DNA of 64,000 bases, taken from assembly GCA_023379025.1 (NCBI GenBank), contig JAMCTH010000003.1:17114-81113 (forward strand), in the 5' to 3' direction. This DNA is from Patescibacteria group bacterium (GTDB lineage Bacteria > Patescibacteriota > Microgenomatia > UBA10105 > UBA927). The notes under the pieces were generated by a model that had not been told where the DNA came from, did no database searches, and saw only the letters and a program-made list of their open reading frames with translations. Of this stretch, positions 48,680 to 58,057 are shown in pieces. How positions within the stretch are numbered: the first letter of the stretch is position 1; the number at the start of each line of letters is the position of its first letter. The translations under genes and the position numbers were made by a program.

Positions 48680-48685
48680 AACGGG

Positions 48686-49798
48686 CTAGTGCTTCTTCCA
48701 AATCACCCGCGAGTAGAGCGTGTAATTCCATATGAGCCCGAGTCCGACTCCCAACAGGTAAAACAGGCGGTAGGAGGAAATTCCGTACATGGCGGTACCT
48801 GCTGCAATGGTTCCGCCCTGTATAATCACCGCGCCTATTGATGCCGTATTGAACTGGATGAATTTCCCGATCATCCGCCTGCCGACGATTCTGCGCTCCG
48901 AAAACGTCCAGGCATTGTTGAGGATAAAATTGGAGATAATCGCAAGTTCCGCTCCGGTCATGCCTCCGATAACGGGGTGCAGCCCGATCCGGACAAACCC
49001 TTCAAGGACGACGGTGTTGATGATAAATCCGATCGTTCCGACCACGCAGAATCTGAAAAATGACGATCTGAAGGTGCTTTTCATGCGCTCCCGCAGGACA
49101 TAATGAAAAACGTCCCGGATATACTGGGACGGAGCGATTTTGGAATGTCCGAATCGCCGGTCCGTGAAATGTATGGGTACTTCAACAACCCGCGCCCCCA
49201 GCATGATCGACCGGTGAAGGAATGCGATCTGGAAAAGATACCCGCTGAACCGGACGAGATCGGATTTCAGACGGTCGTAGTACGTATGACGGTATGCCCG
49301 AAACCCGCCGGTCCAGTCATGCACGTAGGAATAGCCGAGTCCGAAACGCACGATGGTGTTGCCGATGATGCTGTAGATTTTCCGGTGTACTGCCCAGTTT
49401 TCCGGTATGGAACCTCCCGGGATATAGCGGCTTCCGACCACAAAATCAGCTCCGCGATCGATTGCCTCAAGAAACTCCGGCAATACCTTCGGATCATGCG
49501 AAAGGTCCGCATCCATCTGGATAAACAGTTCCGCGCCCATCGTTTCCCGCCCGTATGCCATGCCGCGAAGGAGCGCCCTGCCGAGTCCTTCCTTTTTTCC
49601 GAGGAGAAGGAAAACGTTTTTGTGTTTTTTCTGGTAGCTGCGGACGACATCGGCTGTCTTGTCCGGCGAGGTGTCATCGACGACCAGAATCGAAACCGCA
49701 TGACTGCGGACCGGCGTGAGCGCATCCAGAATGCCGTTGAGAAGCAATATGATATTATCACGTTCGTTGTACGTGGGGACGATGACCACTGCTTTCAT
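48686..49798 (-). CDS. GT2 polyprenyl-phosphate glycosyltransferase fused to a C-terminal GtrA-like 4-TM domain
   Basis: 370 aa. The N-terminal domain has VVIVPTYNERDN and VVDDTSPDKT GT-A motifs. The C-terminal 120 aa form four TM helices, FCVVGTIGFIINTVVL...WNYTLYSRVIW, typical of GtrA. Confidence 0.7.
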   Translation of the reverse strand: MKAVVIVPTYNERDNIILLLNGILDALTPVRSHAVSILVVDDTSPDKTADVVRSYQKKHKNVFLLLGKKEGLGRALLRGMAYGRETMGAELFIQMDADLSHDPKVLPEFLEAIDRGADFVVGSRYIPGGSIPENWAVHRKIYSIIGNTIVRFGLGYSYVHDWTGGFRAYRHTYYDRLKSDLVRFSGYLFQIAFLHRSIMLGARVVEVPIHFTDRRFGHSKIAPSQYIRDVFHYVLRERMKSTFRSSFFRFCVVGTIGFIINTVVLEGFVRIGLHPVIGGMTGAELAIISNFILNNAWTFSERRIVGRRMIGKFIQFNTASIGAVIIQGGTIAAGTAMYGISSYRLFYLLGVGLGLIWNYTLYSRVIWKKH

Positions 49799-49810
49799 AT
49801 CGATCGGAGC

Positions 49811-50770
49811 CTACACCCGTTCGCGCCAATAGTTGAGGAGGTCTTCCATGGTTTTTTCAAACGGAATTCCCGCTTTCCAGCCGGTCTTTTGGGTAAATTT
49901 AGTATTATCGCCGATTAAGACCGGAACATCGGATGGGCGCATCCGCATCGGATCTTCCTGTATCTTTACCTTCACTTTCGAATAGGACAGAAGGAGATTG
50001 AGCATGTCGCCGATCCTGATGGCGTTGCCGGTACAGATGTTATACACGTCTCCGCAGTCGCACTCCGTCACGGCGGCAACGTATGCTTTCACCATATCGC
50101 GGACATCCGTATAATCCCGTTTGGCTTCCAGGTTTCCGACACGGATGACCGGCTCCTGCTTCCCTTTTTCTATCATCGCAATCTGTTTGGCGAAGTTCGA
50201 CTCGGCAAACGTTTCTCCTCTTCTCGGCCCCGTATGGTTAAACCCGCGGGTCCTCACGATTTTTACTTTATAGGACTGAAAATACTGGTATCCCAGGTAA
50301 TCCATCGCAAGTTTTGAAACGGCATACGGCGAAAGCGGCCGGAGCGGATTCGTCTCCCTGATCGGCAGTTCATCGGACAGCACCAGCCCGTACTCCTCGG
50401 ACGAACAGGCAATCTGGATGACCGGATCGATGTTTGCCTGGCGCACGGCCTCGAATACGTTCGCCGCTCCGACGATGTTCACTTCAAGGGTCACGGACGG
50501 CGAAACCCAGGACGTCGGGACAAACGACTGGGCAGCCAGATGAAAAATATAGTTGGGTTTAATGCGCGAGAGGGTCGTATACAGACTGTGCGAATCCAGA
50601 AGGTCCGCGTCCTCAAGATGCAGTTTGTTAATGATTTTATCTATGTGGTCGAGCTTGCTTCTCGGCCGGCAGAGCCCGTGTACTTCATACCCCTGCGACA
50701 GGAGAAGCTCCGCAAGATGGCTTCCGACGAAACCCGCGATACCCGTGATGAGTGCCCGTTTTGTTTCCAT
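49811..50770 (-). CDS. gmd: GDP-mannose 4,6-dehydratase-like SDR (NAD-dependent epimerase/dehydratase)
   Basis: 319 aa. It has an ITGIAGFVGSHLAELLLSQGYEVHG Rossmann motif and an SPYAVSKL Y-xxx-K segment. FNHTGPRRGETF and LGNLEAKRDYTDV match segments I recall from Gmd. Confidence 0.6.
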   Translation of the reverse strand: METKRALITGIAGFVGSHLAELLLSQGYEVHGLCRPRSKLDHIDKIINKLHLEDADLLDSHSLYTTLSRIKPNYIFHLAAQSFVPTSWVSPSVTLEVNIVGAANVFEAVRQANIDPVIQIACSSEEYGLVLSDELPIRETNPLRPLSPYAVSKLAMDYLGYQYFQSYKVKIVRTRGFNHTGPRRGETFAESNFAKQIAMIEKGKQEPVIRVGNLEAKRDYTDVRDMVKAYVAAVTECDCGDVYNICTGNAIRIGDMLNLLLSYSKVKVKIQEDPMRMRPSDVPVLIGDNTKFTQKTGWKAGIPFEKTMEDLLNYWRERV

Positions 50771-50819
50771 GGTATTCTCCTCCTTTATAGACTATACCCA
50801 TTATACATAGTCCCGTATC

Positions 50820-52118
50820 CTACATTCTGCCGACACCGTAATACGTATACCCCATCTGCTTGACTGCGGCAGGTTCATAGATATTCCGTCCGTCAAACAA
50901 CACGCGGTTTTTGAGTCCTTTGGCAAGGCGGACAAGATCAAGCTGCCGGAATTCGTTCCATTCGGTAACGACGGCAACCGCATCCGCGCCGTCCACAGCC
51001 TCGTAGGCGCTTTTGGCATAGAGGACGCCGTGGGGCAGCACACGCTTCGCGTTGTCAACCGCGATCGGGTCATAAGCCGCAACCTCTGCACCCTTTTTAA
51101 CGAGTACCGTGATAATGCCAATGGACGGTGCTTCACGCATATCATCGGTATCCGGCTTGAATGAAAGGCCGAGTACCGCGATGCGTTTGCCTCTGAGCGT
51201 CCCGCCGAAATGCCGGAGGATTTTATCCGTAAAATGCACGGCGGCTTCCTTGTTTATCGCATCCACGGCTTTCAGAAGCTGAAAATCATATCCCTTGGCT
51301 CCGGCAATCGCGATAAGTGCCTTTACGTCCTTGGGGAAACAGCTGCCCCCGTATCCTACCCCCGGGTAGAGGAAACTTCTGCCGAGACGGCGGTCGAGCC
51401 CCACGCCTTCGAGAACCTTTTCCGCGTCCGCACCCACTTTTTCCGACAGGAAGGCTATGGCATTTGCAAATGATATTTTCGTCGAAAGCAGGGAGTTTGA
51501 TGCGTATTTAATGAGTTCGGCCGTTTCTACGTTGCAGGGAACGGTCTTGCCGTCAATCGGCTTATGGAGTTCCAGAAGAAGATCCCTCGCCCGGTCCGAA
51601 GTGGTCCCGATAACGACGCGGTCCGGGTGAAGCGTATCGGAAATCGCCGTCCCCTCACGCAGAAATTCCGGAACCGAAGCAATCGCAAATGACGCGCCCT
51701 CCCGTTTGACCGAAGTAATGAGATCGGAAACGACGCTGTTCGTTCCCGGCGGGACCGTACTTTTGGTCACGATAACTTTATAGCCGACAAGCGCTTTTCC
51801 TATCGCTGTTGCGGCGGCACGTACGTGGGAGAGATCCGCTTCCCCTGTTTCTTTGGGCGGAGTGCCGACACAGATAAAAATAATGTCCGAAGGGGATATT
51901 GCCTCACCGTATTCCAAAGTAAAGAGAAGCCTTCCGGCTTTGGTGTTCCTCCGCACGAGTTCCTCAAGCCCCGGCTCGTAAAAGGGCATGACTCCTGCCT
52001 TGAGCCGTTCGATTTTTTCTTTGGTATGCCCGACAACCCATACGGTATTCCCAAGGTCCGCAAATACCGCTGCGGTGACTAACCCGACATAACCGTGACC
52101 GATAAACGAAATAGTCAT
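50820..52118 (-). CDS. ugd: UDP-glucose 6-dehydrogenase / nucleotide-sugar dehydrogenase
   Basis: 432 aa. It has an N-terminal GHGYVG NAD-binding motif and GGSCFPKD, the catalytic-Cys motif of the UDP-glucose/GDP-mannose dehydrogenase family. Confidence 0.8.
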   Translation of the reverse strand: MTISFIGHGYVGLVTAAVFADLGNTVWVVGHTKEKIERLKAGVMPFYEPGLEELVRRNTKAGRLLFTLEYGEAISPSDIIFICVGTPPKETGEADLSHVRAAATAIGKALVGYKVIVTKSTVPPGTNSVVSDLITSVKREGASFAIASVPEFLREGTAISDTLHPDRVVIGTTSDRARDLLLELHKPIDGKTVPCNVETAELIKYASNSLLSTKISFANAIAFLSEKVGADAEKVLEGVGLDRRLGRSFLYPGVGYGGSCFPKDVKALIAIAGAKGYDFQLLKAVDAINKEAAVHFTDKILRHFGGTLRGKRIAVLGLSFKPDTDDMREAPSIGIITVLVKKGAEVAAYDPIAVDNAKRVLPHGVLYAKSAYEAVDGADAVAVVTEWNEFRQLDLVRLAKGLKNRVLFDGRNIYEPAAVKQMGYTYYGVGRM

Positions 52119-52999
52119 GTGGAATGAATACGTGTGTTCCCGACCGCTCCGAGCGTTTTCAGACCCTCTTCAAATGTCGACATCCGTATCCCGAATTTGG
52201 TTATTTTATCATGTTCCAAAACCGCATGAAAGGGCCGGGGGGCACGTCCGCGGAAATACCGGGCGAATGAGGTTTCTTTCACAAGCGACTCGTCATATCC
52301 GAATGTCCGGGCGATACACCGGGCCGCGCCGTACGGAGACAGGGCATCTTCGCCGACCACATGATACAGTCCATGTGCGTCATTTCTGACCAACGAATCG
52401 ATTGCGCGCGCAATGTCATCGATATACGTCGGCATGAATAGCTGGTCCGAAGGCGAACTGATCTCCTGCCCTTTTGCAAGCTTTTCCCGGATCTTGCCGA
52501 CGAAATCGGGTTTTTTCCCGAGATGCGGACCGTAGGGATTTGCAATACGGAGGATCAGCGCCCTATCTCCGAGAACGGCAACGGCACATTCCCCTTCATA
52601 TTTTGTCACGCCGTACCAGCCCAGGGGATGCGGAATATCCTCCTCCGTATATCGGGGGCGGCTCCCGTCAAAGACATAATCCGTCGAGATATAAAGGAGC
52701 CGCTTTCCCGTCTCCCGACAGATCCGCGCAATCTCCTGTGTTGCACCGGTATTGACGCGCCAGGTCGTACCGGATGTTCCTTCCTCCCGTTCCCGTTCAG
52801 CACGGTCTACATCGGTCTGTGCGGCAAAATGCCAGACCCAGCTTGCCGGAGAAGCGATCATTGCCCGGCGGAGGGACGGACCGTCCGTAATATCAACGCC
52901 AGTTTCGAGACTGAGGTTTGCGAACGCGTAGCGGTCTCCCAGGAGTTCTGTCACACGCGAACCGACCATGCCGCTTAACCCTGTGCCCAGTATCTTCAT
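52115..52999 (-). CDS. rmlD: dTDP-4-dehydrorhamnose reductase
   Basis: The RmlD-like core has MKILGTGLSGMVG and YGVTKYEGE. The start is trimmed to Met23 at 52999, which gives an ATGA overlap with the rmlB stop. Confidence 0.7.
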   Translation of the reverse strand: MKILGTGLSGMVGSRVTELLGDRYAFANLSLETGVDITDGPSLRRAMIASPASWVWHFAAQTDVDRAEREREEGTSGTTWRVNTGATQEIARICRETGKRLLYISTDYVFDGSRPRYTEEDIPHPLGWYGVTKYEGECAVAVLGDRALILRIANPYGPHLGKKPDFVGKIREKLAKGQEISSPSDQLFMPTYIDDIARAIDSLVRNDAHGLYHVVGEDALSPYGAARCIARTFGYDESLVKETSFARYFRGRAPRPFHAVLEHDKITKFGIRMSTFEEGLKTLGAVGNTRIHST

Positions 53000-54015
53000 G
53001 TCATTCGGTTCCCGTACTGTTTGTTGTAATACTCCCCATACGCACCGGACTTCATGCGGTGCCACCAGTCGGTATGTTCTTTATACCAGGAAATGGTTGC
53101 CGTAAGACCTGCCGCCAGATCCGTTTCCGGACGCCAGCCGGTATCCCTTTCGAGTTTGGACCAGTCTAAGGCATAGCGACGGTCATGGCCCGGACGGTCT
53201 TTGACAAACGTCATGGATGACTCATCTGTCTTCATAAGCTTCAGGATGGTTTTCACGATCATACTGTTGGGTACGTGATCATCCGGCCCGCCGATGCAAT
53301 ACGTCTCCCCGACGTTCCCTTTCGTCAGGACCGCTTCAATCGCCCGCACGTGATCGGTCACATAGAGCCAGTCCCTGACGTTTTTCCCGTCACCGTAGAC
53401 CGGTACGGGCTTTCCCTCAAGCACATTGGTGATTGCCAGAGGAATGAGTTTTTCGGGAAACTGAAAGGGCCCGTAATTGTTCGAACAGTTGGTGATCGTC
53501 ACCGGCAGTCCGAACGAATGAAAGTATGCGTTTACCAGATGGTCCGAAGCGGCTTTGGACGCCGAATACGGACTTCTCGGATCATACCTGGTCGTTTCCG
53601 AAAATTTGTCCGACCCAAGAAGACCGAGCGATCCGTACACCTCATCGGTCGATATATGGTGGAACCGCCGGATGCCGCGTTTTCTCGCGGCTTCCAGCAA
53701 TACGCTCGTGCCGACAATGTTTGTCCGGACGAACGGAGCAGGATCGAGGACTGAACGGTCCACATGCGTTTCCGCAGCAAAATGAACCACGGTATCAATA
53801 CCCTCCATGGCGGCATAAACCGCGCTGCTGTCGCAGATATCCGCCCTGACAAACCGATAATGGCTGTTTCCTTCAAGCGTCTTCAGGTTTTCCGCGTTGC
53901 CGGCATAGGTCAGACTATCCAGGTTCACAACGTCATCATCCGGATGATGACCGGCCCAGTAGAGAATAAAATTGGTACCGATAAAGCCGGCTCCGCCGGT
54001 AACAAGCAGTCTCAT
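52996..54015 (-). CDS. rmlB: dTDP-glucose 4,6-dehydratase
   Basis: It has LVTGGAGFIGTNF, HFAAETHVDRS and YSASKAASDH motifs. The start is trimmed to Met25 at 54015. Confidence 0.85.
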   Translation of the reverse strand: MRLLVTGGAGFIGTNFILYWAGHHPDDDVVNLDSLTYAGNAENLKTLEGNSHYRFVRADICDSSAVYAAMEGIDTVVHFAAETHVDRSVLDPAPFVRTNIVGTSVLLEAARKRGIRRFHHISTDEVYGSLGLLGSDKFSETTRYDPRSPYSASKAASDHLVNAYFHSFGLPVTITNCSNNYGPFQFPEKLIPLAITNVLEGKPVPVYGDGKNVRDWLYVTDHVRAIEAVLTKGNVGETYCIGGPDDHVPNSMIVKTILKLMKTDESSMTFVKDRPGHDRRYALDWSKLERDTGWRPETDLAAGLTATISWYKEHTDWWHRMKSGAYGEYYNKQYGNRMT

Positions 54016-54044
54016 ATACCGCACACTGAATGTTTTTGTACCGT

Positions 54045-54518
54045 CTACGTTATATTTGCATTGGTTATCGGCATTCCCTGCACCCAATCATAGCCGATCT
54101 CCGTATCCTTATATGCGATTCTTCCTTCCTCCCGGGTGTCATAGGTTCCGCTCGTGACATACACCAGTTCTGCCGGACCCTTCAGAACCTTCAGGCCGTG
54201 GGCAACGCCGTGCGGAATTTTCAGTATGATATCTCGTCCTTCTTCGCCCAACAGGTACTCTTCCGTCGTTTTGTGCGTCGGTGATCCGGATCGTCTGTCA
54301 TGGAGGACTGCTTTGATCGTGCCTTTGACCACATACCACCAGTCAATCTGGGTCTTGTGGATATGCCACGCTTTGACAACACCGGTCACCATGGATGAAC
54401 GCGAAAGCTGTCCGAACCCTTCGGAAAAAAACGGATCCGTCACCCGTATGAGTTCTTCAAAAAATCCCCGCTCGTCCGGATGACGGACCAGTTCCTTTAT
54501 GGCAACGCCGTCTATCAT
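54045..54518 (-). CDS. rmlC: dTDP-4-dehydrorhamnose 3,5-epimerase
   Basis: 157-aa cupin protein with HPDERGFFEE, the RmlC signature, and WHIHK. Confidence 0.8.
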   Translation of the reverse strand: MIDGVAIKELVRHPDERGFFEELIRVTDPFFSEGFGQLSRSSMVTGVVKAWHIHKTQIDWWYVVKGTIKAVLHDRRSGSPTHKTTEEYLLGEEGRDIILKIPHGVAHGLKVLKGPAELVYVTSGTYDTREEGRIAYKDTEIGYDWVQGMPITNANIT

Positions 54519-55252
54519 AGTTTTCCGTCTTGTACCATCCGGGCCACCTGATTGTTGGCTTCGAGAAGTTCGTCAAAGGACGTACCGGCATCCACCCACC
54601 AGTCGATGATTTCGCAGGTAAGTTCTCCGGTAGACAGGTAAAAATTATTAAGGTCCGTTACTTCAAGTTCTCCCCTCCCGGAAGGCGATAGTTTTTTTAT
54701 GAACGAAAAAACCCGCTCGTCATAGATATAGATGCCGGTCTGGGCGATATCGGATTTGGGATGTTCCGGCTTTTCCTCGATAGAGCGCACCGTACCGCTG
54801 CCGTCCACTTCTATCACCCCGTACTGACGCGACCCGGTGTCCTTGTGGACGCCGAACACCATGGCTCCCCGGCCTTTCTGTTCAAATTTCCGTACTGAAG
54901 GCGCAAGGTCATGGTGGAAAATATTGTCTCCGAGAAGGACAAGAACCGGCTCATGATGGGCAAACTCCTCCGCAAGGGCTATCGCATCGGCTATTCCTCC
55001 TTTGGGATTCTGCTGTATGGCGTAGTAAAGCCGGAGACCGAACGCTTCTCCCGCTTTCAGCAGGTTGGCAAAATGCCCCGCATGATCTCCCGACGTCGTG
55101 AGAAGCACCTCCCTGATCCCTGCTTTTTTCATGGCCATCAGGGGGTAATAGATCATCGGCTGGTGATAGATAGGAAGGAGGTGTTTGTTGGTTACGAGCG
55201 TAAGCGGCCGCAGCCTCGTCGCAAGACCTCCCGCAAGGATAACGCCTTTCAT
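54515..55252 (-). CDS. rmlA: Glucose-1-phosphate thymidylyltransferase (short form)
   Basis: It has GVILAGGLATRLRPLT and LLGDNIF NTP-transferase motifs. The start is trimmed to Met19 at 55252. It overlaps rmlC by ATGA. Confidence 0.7.
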   Translation of the reverse strand: MKGVILAGGLATRLRPLTLVTNKHLLPIYHQPMIYYPLMAMKKAGIREVLLTTSGDHAGHFANLLKAGEAFGLRLYYAIQQNPKGGIADAIALAEEFAHHEPVLVLLGDNIFHHDLAPSVRKFEQKGRGAMVFGVHKDTGSRQYGVIEVDGSGTVRSIEEKPEHPKSDIAQTGIYIYDERVFSFIKKLSPSGRGELEVTDLNNFYLSTGELTCEIIDWWVDAGTSFDELLEANNQVARMVQDGKL

Positions 55253-55256
55253 AGTA

Positions 55257-55511
55257 TTAGATGCGCAGCACGGTCGACAGGAGGACAATGGCAAGCGCAC
55301 TGACAAGCATATATTCTATCACAACCTTCCGGTGGAGGTCGCCCCGTGCCGCATGATGGATGATTCCCCACAGAAAATAGGCAACCGACGTAACCGCTCC
55401 CACCAAAAACTGCGCCGTCGGATTTCCGCGCAGGACCCAAAAAAGCCCTAACCCGCCGCCCAATATGATGACCAGTATGGCAAAATGTAGAATTTTTTCC
55501 GGTGCTTTCAT
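55257..55511 (-). CDS. Small membrane protein (84 aa, 3 TM helices), unknown function
   Basis: Trimmed to Met39 at 55511, giving an ATGA overlap with the CAP-domain gene's stop. It is hydrophobic throughout. Confidence 0.4.
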   Translation of the reverse strand: MKAPEKILHFAILVIILGGGLGLFWVLRGNPTAQFLVGAVTSVAYFLWGIIHHAARGDLHRKVVIEYMLVSALAIVLLSTVLRI

Positions 55512-56464
55512 AGGATGCTCCCGCGGACAAATATCGCCATACCGACAAAAAGTACGCCAAGAAAAAGCAAATGCCCGACGCTGTGACCGGTCACGCGTAC
55601 CAACCGGCGTCTTCCGGCAAGCCATGCGTCAAGGAAAAGAACGGTAAGGAGAAACAGCAAAAATCCGGCGACCAGCAACCGGTTAAGGCCCGTTATGTCG
55701 AGAGCCGGGCTCGTCAATACCGATGAAAATCCGGAAACGACCGGAGGATTGTGGGAGAAGGAGGCTGCAGAAGGCACCTCGACAGCCTTAACCGCTGCGG
55801 CCGGTACGGGAGTGATCGCTAGAGTCGGATTTGTCGGCACCGGGGTCGGCGCGAGAGCCACAGTCTTGGCTGTAGTAGTCGGTGCGTTTCCTGCCAGTTC
55901 CGCGGGTGTTGCCCCGAACATCTGGACGACCAGCGTCGTTTCCTCGCCGTTTAAGGTTCCGTTGACGACGGCAAAGCCTATGTCGCGGTACCCGGTCTTG
56001 AGCATATTTTCCCTGTGGCTTGGCGATGCCATCCAGGCATCAACCACGGCCTGGCTGGTCGAAAAATTCTTTGCGAGATTTTCGCCGGCCAGTGCATAGG
56101 AATACCCCGATCCCACGATAAAATCCCATGGGGTCTTCCCCTCGGGACTCTGGTGCGCCCAGTAATTATTGGCAAACATATCCTGAGCCTTGGCAGCTGC
56201 GGCATTGTCCAGCTCACCGTTTATGCTAAGAGGCTGTAAACCATTGGCTTCGCGCGCCGCATTGGTATCGGCAAGGAGCGCATCAATCCTGATATCCGTC
56301 GCATACCCCAAAACATTGGGGTCAACAGCGTGCACCAAACCGAAGAAAACCCTGAGCCCGGCAAACACGAGAACGAACAAAAAAAGCGCATCAGGGTGGA
56401 GCACTCTCGCACGGTGATTATTGGTCTCATGCGGCATGAGGAGATGACGAAGGATATGTCCCAT
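55508..56464 (-). CDS. CAP/SCP/PR-1-like domain protein with an N-terminal TM helix, a Pro/Thr/Ala linker and a C-terminal TM anchor
   Basis: 318 aa. The CAP-like core has LSINGELDNAAAAKAQDM and NYWAHQSPEG. It also has a linker TPVPTNPTLAITPVPAAA and a C-terminal hydrophobic segment. Confidence 0.6.
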   Translation of the reverse strand: MGHILRHLLMPHETNNHRARVLHPDALFLFVLVFAGLRVFFGLVHAVDPNVLGYATDIRIDALLADTNAAREANGLQPLSINGELDNAAAAKAQDMFANNYWAHQSPEGKTPWDFIVGSGYSYALAGENLAKNFSTSQAVVDAWMASPSHRENMLKTGYRDIGFAVVNGTLNGEETTLVVQMFGATPAELAGNAPTTTAKTVALAPTPVPTNPTLAITPVPAAAVKAVEVPSAASFSHNPPVVSGFSSVLTSPALDITGLNRLLVAGFLLFLLTVLFLDAWLAGRRRLVRVTGHSVGHLLFLGVLFVGMAIFVRGSIL

Positions 56465-56505
56465 TCTTCTATGATAGACACACCGCGGGGAAAATAAAAG
56501 AGCGT

Positions 56506-56838
56506 TCAGGAGGAATACCGGTCATGTTCGTAATGGAGCGGAATGTCTTCGCCCGCAGGTTTTCCGTTGACCGGAACATCCAGGAGAAACCCAAGCATTT
56601 TCCCGACCGTCATACCGACGCGCAAGCCGGTAAATGATCCCGGACCGGTATTAACCCTAATCTCCGTCAGTTTTTTAAGCTCCAAATGGTTTTCTTTAAG
56701 GACCTTCTCAATCATCGGCAACACCATTTGTGCTTTCGCGCCCTGTTTAACTATTTTTGCTATTTTATTTCCTCCGATTCCAACACTAACGTTTATTTTT
56801 TCCGAATCGGAAGTATCAATAAAAAGAATATTAGACAT
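56506..56838 (-). CDS. tsaB: TsaB/YeaZ-like t6A biosynthesis protein, short form (N-terminal domain only)
   Basis: 110 aa. It has ILFIDTS and the TsaB/YeaZ signature TGPGSFTGLRVGMTVGKMLG. It stops after about half of a normal TsaB. Confidence 0.55.
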   Translation of the reverse strand: MSNILFIDTSDSEKINVSVGIGGNKIAKIVKQGAKAQMVLPMIEKVLKENHLELKKLTEIRVNTGPGSFTGLRVGMTVGKMLGFLLDVPVNGKPAGEDIPLHYEHDRYSS

Positions 56839-57061
56839 ATAAAAAATCTAGGTAATATTTTCTGCTATCCACCGATCAATCGGGATAGTTTGATCGTATA
56901 TAATAACGTCTTCACCAGTTCCAGGTTCTTCAAAATCTAACTAAAAGATATTGAGTGGGTTTAGTCATAGCCTAATTATATACCGCTGACGAGTATATTT
57001 GCGCTACCCACCCCCTGCCTAGTTGCTCTTTTGGGTTGGAGTAGCTATCATATAATCAGTT

Positions 57062-58030
57062 ATGCCTGAAGCAATCCTTGAAGAACCGGCAAGAACAAAG
57101 GAACTAACGCCTTTAGCGCTTGCTCGAGGATGGTTAAATTTTAGGGCGGCAGAAGTAAGAAAAGAACTAAGGTCAGCAGAAGGATCGAGACAATTCGTCA
57201 GCACCTACAAATCAGAGCCAGTAATCCGTCCTTCAAATGTTGAAGTTGGCAGTATGGATGATTCTGATTGGACTGTTGCGGAGTTAGAGCATGAGCAGTG
57301 GCCAGAAGAACAAGAAGCCCAATTAGAACAACTCGATGAGAGATTGGATGAATTATATGATCAGCAATCTACTATCGCGGATCACAGAAAACGTATTAAC
57401 AAAGGAGATACTGATCTCATAAATCAATTTGCCCAGCTAGAAAAGGACAGGCTCAAAAAACTCGAGGATGCGCGGAAGCTCGAAGAGGCCCTCAAACAAG
57501 GATTTGTGTTTGAAGGAGTAGAAGAGGTAGTGACAAACTTAGATCACATTACAAACGTGGTCGGAAATGATCAAGTTGGCGCTGACTCAGCATTAGCAAA
57601 TGGCTGGAGACTCGTACAACACTACCCGCGTGAAGTCCTTCGCTACAGCAGCACAGGAGAACCCTACGGAGAAAATCCTGAACAATTTCAATTGTACTAC
57701 ACGCCTGATCCAGAGGCCGGAGACAGAAATGTATTCATGAGAATGTACGTCAGAGATACTGAATATGAACTCGTCATAGAAGATTTTCGGGATAGGCAAA
57801 ATGCGGATAGTATCTACGGAAAAGCAACGAAAGCTACAAAGGGTACTTGCCTATCGCTTTCGATTGAAAATGGGAGAATATTCAGACCGTGGACTGGAAC
57901 AGTAATAGAAGATGCTAGGTGGGGATACCCGGAAACTCATCATGTTGAAGGAAGTTATAACTTTACCCAAGAACACTTCGATCAAGTTAAAACGCTCATC
58001 GCCTCTCTTGCTGCTGGCATAGATACATAA
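57062..58030 (+). CDS. Hypothetical protein, acidic coiled-coil N-terminus, on the AT-rich island
   Basis: 322 aa. It is the only convincing plus-strand ORF in the island. Its composition is low-GC like its surroundings. I recognised no motif. Confidence 0.5.
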   Translation: MPEAILEEPARTKELTPLALARGWLNFRAAEVRKELRSAEGSRQFVSTYKSEPVIRPSNVEVGSMDDSDWTVAELEHEQWPEEQEAQLEQLDERLDELYDQQSTIADHRKRINKGDTDLINQFAQLEKDRLKKLEDARKLEEALKQGFVFEGVEEVVTNLDHITNVVGNDQVGADSALANGWRLVQHYPREVLRYSSTGEPYGENPEQFQLYYTPDPEAGDRNVFMRMYVRDTEYELVIEDFRDRQNADSIYGKATKATKGTCLSLSIENGRIFRPWTGTVIEDARWGYPETHHVEGSYNFTQEHFDQVKTLIASLAAGIDT

Positions 58031-58057
58031 GTAAAACCTCAAGCTAGCTGATGCTTC

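Noticed and set aside
56855-56880. Imperfect hairpin CTATCC...GGATAG upstream of tsaB, considered as an att site or terminator
   Set aside because: It is short and imperfect. I could not find a matching repeat at the other island end by eye.
56839-57061. Intergenic AT-rich stretch scanned for a tRNA or tmRNA as an island integration target
   Set aside because: There is no T-loop-like GTTCGAATC or acceptor-stem pairing. There is no tRNA-like structure.
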